Positions 58,155-64,000 of a DNA stretch of 64,000 bases are shown here, piece by piece. Source of the DNA: Azolla caroliniana (Eukaryota; Plantae; Polypodiophyta); contig JBHGNT010000001.1 of NCBI GenBank assembly GCA_043228905.1, positions 2,976,001-3,040,000 on the forward strand, read 5' to 3'. Numbering within the stretch: position 1 is the stretch's first letter; every line of letters starts with the position of its first letter. Both the position numbers and the translations under genes were made by a program. The notes under the pieces are model-generated. The model was not told the DNA's origin. It saw only the letters and a program-made list of their open reading frames with translations, and did no database searches.

Positions 58155-59860
58155 TTCGTCCCCCTCCACCGCCTCATTGAGAGATAAGCATGTGCCAGGA
58201 TTTGGCAGTAAATCAGAAGAGACAGTGCAAATCGGAATCCTTGGACCTGCCACCAATTTCTATTTTATATCATCACAAATAGCCCCCCCTAACTTCATTG
58301 GATTGAAAACCCGCCATGCCATAAGTTGGTCCGAAATAGCATGGAGGATGTTCCCGTGATTGATCAATGGTTAGATAAATCTTACAAGAAGTCGAAGATA
58401 TGTGCCGGACAATTATTCGAGCACATTGAATCTCGGCTTGTGTCTGTGCATTGTAATTTGTAACAATATTTCCACGCAAGATTCTACCTCCAAGTCTTCT
58501 TCTACTACAACAAGTTGTGATTCAATCAATTTGCGTTTTAGCCTTTCTAATCTTCGTCTCTCCTTTGATTGATATTGTTGGGTCTCTTTTCATATGTTCT
58601 CCTAGTTAGATCCTCTTGTGATGATTTACTGACTAGGAGATTGGTACCACTAGTCAAATTTATCATGTTGTCTTTTTAAGGTTTAAACATTTGGTCCATT
58701 TGTACAACCCCCTCTCAATCAATCATCCCCCACTTTTCCTCATAAATCCATGGAGAAACTTTTATGCATTCCTTGCTCTTCTCTTTTGTTGCATTCATAC
58801 CCAGGCCTTTTTCACAAAAAGTGCCACCCATTTTACAACAATGCAAGAATCTTTACTTGATAGTATGATGAGGATTGCATAGATGAGCATGCAACTTTGC
58901 GAGGTAATGGTGAGTATGTGCATGGGCGTGTCATAGATGTCTTGAAGGGGCCCACACTTAATGAAACGATAAAAAAGGCATGTTTATACTTGGAACATAC
59001 GTTGCTTGTAGGTATGTCGTGGATGTGTAAATGATCTCTCAAGGAGATGGTGTAATAAAAAGAACGCATGCTTGAATCATCAAACAAATGCATATTCAAT
59101 TGACGTAATGAGTATGTCATGAGTGGATGTACCATGGATAAGTCAACTTGGATGTATCTTGGACGATCAAGGATAGACAACCATGCATAGGTGATAGAGA
59201 GAAACTAATAAGTTTTATAACCCCAACTTATGTCAAAAAGATCCATGTCGTGGAAGGAAGTTCGCCTCTATGGTTAAAAAGGCATACTACTTGCTCTCCA
59301 AATGAATAATATACTAACACTAGTGAATGCCAAGCATGGTTGTCAATCTTGAGGATGAAACAACCAATTGTGTACAAAACAATATGGTATGTGTATGTGA
59401 AAGAATTTGTTTTATGCGTCACATAAGATTAGGCATGACACCATGCCAATTTGCCATTCTAACATATTAATGCATCTAATGTTCATTAGCTCATCTTATT
59501 AAAATCCTTGAATATCAACATTCAATAGGATAATGTAGGCTAAACTCTATGCGTGTTCAACCTTAGGATTGTAAATTTGACTTAGGCATCCAACTTAAAA
59601 CATTCATCATTCAATTAGAATGGCCAACAAACCAAATCAAATTGTTTGGTTAAATTTTCTACAAAACAATGGCTTTATAAATTATCATCATTGAGTCTTA
59701 CTACTTTTCAATTTTAGAATGCCTCTTTTCATTAGTAAATCTTTCTTTGATTTTTGGGAATCTTTAAGAAGGTCAAAAGACCTTTCTTCCAATTTTGCGT
59801 TGCCATTTGCTCCCTCTCTTTATAATTAAATAAGAAGCATACAAGGAAAATATACATGTC

Positions 59861-60093
59861 CATTCATATCTCTCTTGCTAGTGCCCTTTCATAATTTCAA
59901 TCACTTTGCTGCTCTGAGTTAACACAAATCAAAATCAAAATGTTTGTTGAATTCACACTAATCAACGTTTGGTTATCATTCCTATCTCTCTTGCTAGTGC
60001 CCTTTTATAATTTCAATCACTTTGCTGCTCTGAGTTAACACAAATCAAAATCAAAATGTTTGTTGGATTAACACTAATGAACGTTTGGTTATC
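59861..60093. repeat. Tandem duplication of about 116 bp
   Basis: Near-identical copies starting at 59861 and 59977. Confidence 0.88.
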
Positions 60094-62627
60094 CTCACCA
60101 CCAAATGATAGTGTGAAGCCAAGTGAATTCGACATTGATGATAGTAAATTGTCTTGGAGAGATTAGTGTTAATTATAAAGGTATTAATTGTGACACTTTT
60201 CCCATGAGCAAGAGTTGTCCTTGGTAATTTTCTGAATATTTAGTAAAAGAACACTCATAAAGGACTTTCGGAAGACATAATGATTTCTCATTGGTTTTTT
60301 AATTTGTAATGGTTGAAAATATCCAACTAATGATTTCAAAATATTGTTCTATTGTTTGTGCCTTGGAGATGCCTTTTCAAGCATTAAATGAATGTGAAAT
60401 CTTTGTACAAACAAAAATGTGCAATAACATTTTACATCCACTACTGATGAAAATATGCACTTAATAACGAGGTTATAAACATGTTTTACAAGTATGAAGT
60501 CTGATCATTTCCAGAATTTAGGGGAAATTGATCATGTGAGAAACCTTCAATAGAAGAGATCTTCATCATATAGGTTTTAATGAACCTAGTTATCGTAGGG
60601 CTTGACAACAGGATGCATATTATTAGTGAGCCTTAGGAAAATGCACTTTCGTTTAATTTGAGAAGCTTAAACTATCCCTATATATCATTGTGATAATGGA
60701 GTATACCTTATCAACAGTTTGCTACAAACCTCATAACAAAAACAAATTTATACTTCTCTCAAATCAAAATCTTAGATGCATGAATGAAATAAACATCTCA
60801 ACATATTATTTTGGTGTAAGTTTTATTTGTTCATAATCTTAGCTTGATCTTGTTTGATTTTGGTAAGTTATGATCTAGGGCCTCGACCTTTTGTTTTGTG
60901 TGGAATCTAGACGAACCCAAATGGATAAGGAACCTAAAAGTACTAGAAATTTGACCGGAGTCATTGGGGAGAAGGGGGGTGCCATTATGAAATACATAAG
61001 TCTCTATCACATGAGCTCAATGTACATTGCAATTTTTTTTGTTTTTGCATCCCTTTTTTATACAGATTTTACATAGATGTTGTTTTACTCATCGCATACT
61101 CAATACAAAAGGCTATGTTTAGTCCTCAAAGTTTTATAAAGTGGGGTCTTACCTTAGGCCTTGAATGGGTATCATGCAATGTACTTGCATTTGATTGAGA
61201 TTGAGCCTTTGTACTGCTACATTGACAATCCCTAATACATGCATGCACATGAAGTAACGAGATATTTGATCAACCAACTATTGTTGATCTACCTTTTAAC
61301 CTCAAATATTAATACAAGGCAGTCTTACACATAAAGATTCACCTTGGTATTAACCGAAAGATGCCCAAAGGCTACAAAGAACTCATCATGAAAACACAAC
61401 CATCATACCCACATCAACCGACATGTCGAATAGCAAAAGCCCTCATGGAACTAACTTAGAAATTGCATTAAGGCTAATTTTGAAATATGGCATTTCGTCA
61501 TGGCCAATAAGCACATGCATCCACTTTTGGATTTTGAAATTACATGGTGTGTTGTGTTGTTTGATCATGTCTATGCCATCATATGTTTCCCATTTCTCTA
61601 TGCATTCTCCTACTTTTGCTAGATTTTAAAATATTCCAAGTACAAAGGTTCCCTTTTCACTAAGGTCGATATATTATTTTATTATCCCCTTAGCAACAAT
61701 GCTTCATAGTGTCTCCCATGTTGTTCCAAATCCTAATGTTGTATGTTATATGGTTACATCATATCTGTTGTGTTTCATATTATTGCTACAATGTACTTTG
61801 TGATAGAAGACCATGACAATAAAGCTGATTTTGCTTATGTTACATTTAGATTTGTTCAAACAGTGACACGTGTGTTTGTATGGTCAAATATTGAACTTGT
61901 TGACCCTTGAAAAGGTATAACCTTGGGGACTTGGGGTTGAGGTTGAGGTGAAGCCTCTACAATACATAGTTGGGCAAATGTTGAGACATACAACGTCATG
62001 CAAAACATACATGTGAAATATAAAGATAAGGAACCCATCTCTTGGTCAGGGAGTTTGAAAGGATGTGGCATAGGTCAAACTTGAAGATCTTACATAGTAG
62101 TACCTCAAAAAAATATTGTGTGTTTTGAGGAGCATAAACTATTAATCAACATTCGTAGGGAATGCCCACATATTGCACACGGCTTGGGTCATATTAGAAT
62201 CACGGAATGTGGCTTCAATGTTTCCTTGAAAGAATATGTTGAACGTCAAGTTCCCTATTGCCACAAGCCATGTATGTGTTTGAACCTATATATATGTCAT
62301 GTAATGTATCCCAAGTTTTGACCTAGAGGAAATATTAAAGGATGCCAAATTCAACAATCCCCATTGGCTTCATGTCTCAAACTTGGGACTAATATATATT
62401 ACAAGATATATAATAAGTGTAGTAAAGGGGCACAAACTTTTGCATATTAGTTTATATACATGGCATAAGGCATTATCCATCCACATTACATGAACACAAG
62501 CACCATGCTAGCTGCTAACTGAATGAATGAATTGACAATGGGGGGTGGTGTGGAGTTAATGCATTGGCCCGATTTTGTCAACTAGGTAGTAGGTAAAGAT
62601 AGAACTAGCGAGCTCTACAGATTTGTT

Positions 62628-63596
62628 TAGAGAGAGAGAGAGAGATTAGATTGATTGGTTGAATATGATGATGATGATGATGATGATGATAATGATGAAT
62701 CATGATGATGAGGCCCCATCTTCCCCATGTGCACATGCGCACACATATTTAATGTTTACGGAGTTTGGAAGACAGAAATAGAGTAGTAGGCCAGCAGAAT
62801 AAGCATAATTTTTAACGATAAATAAAAACTAAAAACAAGCAAAAAAAGAACTCAATTACAATGTGTAAAAAACAGGGGAAATTTTGCATATAAAAGAAGA
62901 AGAATATTATTTACGTAGACGTCTAGTGTGTCTGTGGGTGTGTGTGTGCGTGTGTGTCTTGTCAACGCAGGGGGGGGGGGGGGGTGCGGATGATATTATT
63001 GTTACTATTATTAAAACCTCCCCAAAGGAGAGACTAGAGAGTAATGGAAAATTACTTAGCTTTAAAACCAAGCCATAGGAGGAGGGACTGTGGTGTGTTT
63101 TTAATTTTGGGCAGACCTATTTTTGAGGTAGAAAAGCAAAAGCAGAGATTTGTTCTTTTAATATGGGATCAATTTCGTTGTTCAATCTAAGACTTTCATG
63201 TGTATTTTATATATATATATATATATATAAAAGAATTAAGCAATGGGCACCTTCGCCCGGCCATCGGAAAGTACTACTTAAATAAGCGAACAACGTGAAA
63301 AGGAGAAAAATAAACAGGCTTCTTCTTGAAAATGTTCTCTCTTTTTGGGCACGCAAATCTAGCAGCAGCCCATTGGACCAAAACCCACCTCCCGTTGGGT
63401 TTATGCTTTCTTTTCTTAATTCAATTTTTTGGCCTTTTCTCTTTTCCCGGGGAAGGCCGGTAAATCAAAAGGAAACAAGAAGGGATTAAATAGGAAGAGA
63501 TTTGGTGTCAGATCAGATGATCATTTCCCTGTCCTATCCATCTATATATATATACATATATATATATGATATATCCCTTATCTCATGATTGAGAAA

Positions 63597-63640
<44 letters not shown>

Positions 63641-63790
63641 GAAACCGAGAAACAGAACAAAAATATAAACAATCCAACAAACTGCACAAAACAAAAAGAA
63701 AGGGCAGAGCATAATAATTCAATGACATATTTAATTCCTCATGACAACGTGCGGCGATGACAAAAGACACCCAACAAATATGCCTTCACA
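62628..63790. repeat. Microsatellite cluster: (AG)n, (GAT)n, (TG)n, poly-G, (TA)n, (CT)n
   Basis: Read directly from the sequence. Confidence 0.8.
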
Positions 63791-64000
63791 TAATTCCTGA
63801 AAATAATAATAATAATAATAATATAACAAAAATTCCTCAAAACCCATTTATCTCTCTGCTCTCTCTGTACAAAAAAAAAAACAATAAGAATAATATACTA
63901 CATACGCACACAAATCCTACACTAAAAAGAAACAAAAGAGTTACTTCATCATAACATAAATAAAACCAAGTATATGAAATACAACATAAGGGCTACATTA

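Noticed and set aside
60900-62300. Faint integrase zinc-finger-like words on the minus strand (FHDEF..GHL, CIRDCQC)
   Set aside because: Too degenerate to call without a profile search.
63400-64000. Possible MIRNA precursor or gene end among the microsatellites
   Set aside because: No known mature miRNA, convincing hairpin or coding exon recognised.

Overview
Repeat-dense plant nuclear DNA. A non-seed vascular plant such as a fern is my best guess, inferred from the PPR style and the transposon clades. Bases 1-3.6 kb hold the 3' part of a Tnt1/Tork-type Copia. Bases 3.6-11.7 kb are AT-rich, with a LINE remnant and a PLS-PPR pseudogene. Bases 11.7-45.9 kb form one deeply nested retrotransposon stack whose junctions and target-site duplications (TSDs) mostly resolve at base level: LINE > antisense Copia > chromodomain Gypsy A > solo LTR S > tRNA-Trp-primed Gypsy B > non-autonomous relatives C and E > deleted relative D > intact Copia, plus a solo Copia LTR inside C. 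The only intact host gene is a two-exon plantacyanin at 50414-51586. The most interesting signals are: (i) the B/C/D/E family, with a Trp primer site, 4-bp CpG-centred TSDs, self-nesting and Gag-only partners carrying a shared repeated peptide module; (ii) complete -1 frameshift cassettes (slippery heptamer, 6-nt spacer, hairpin/pseudoknot) in both Gypsy lineages; (iii) a triplicated chromodomain-PPT-LTR-head unit; and (iv) a degenerate miR408 site in the plantacyanin. All divergence figures are by-eye counts and no database search was run.
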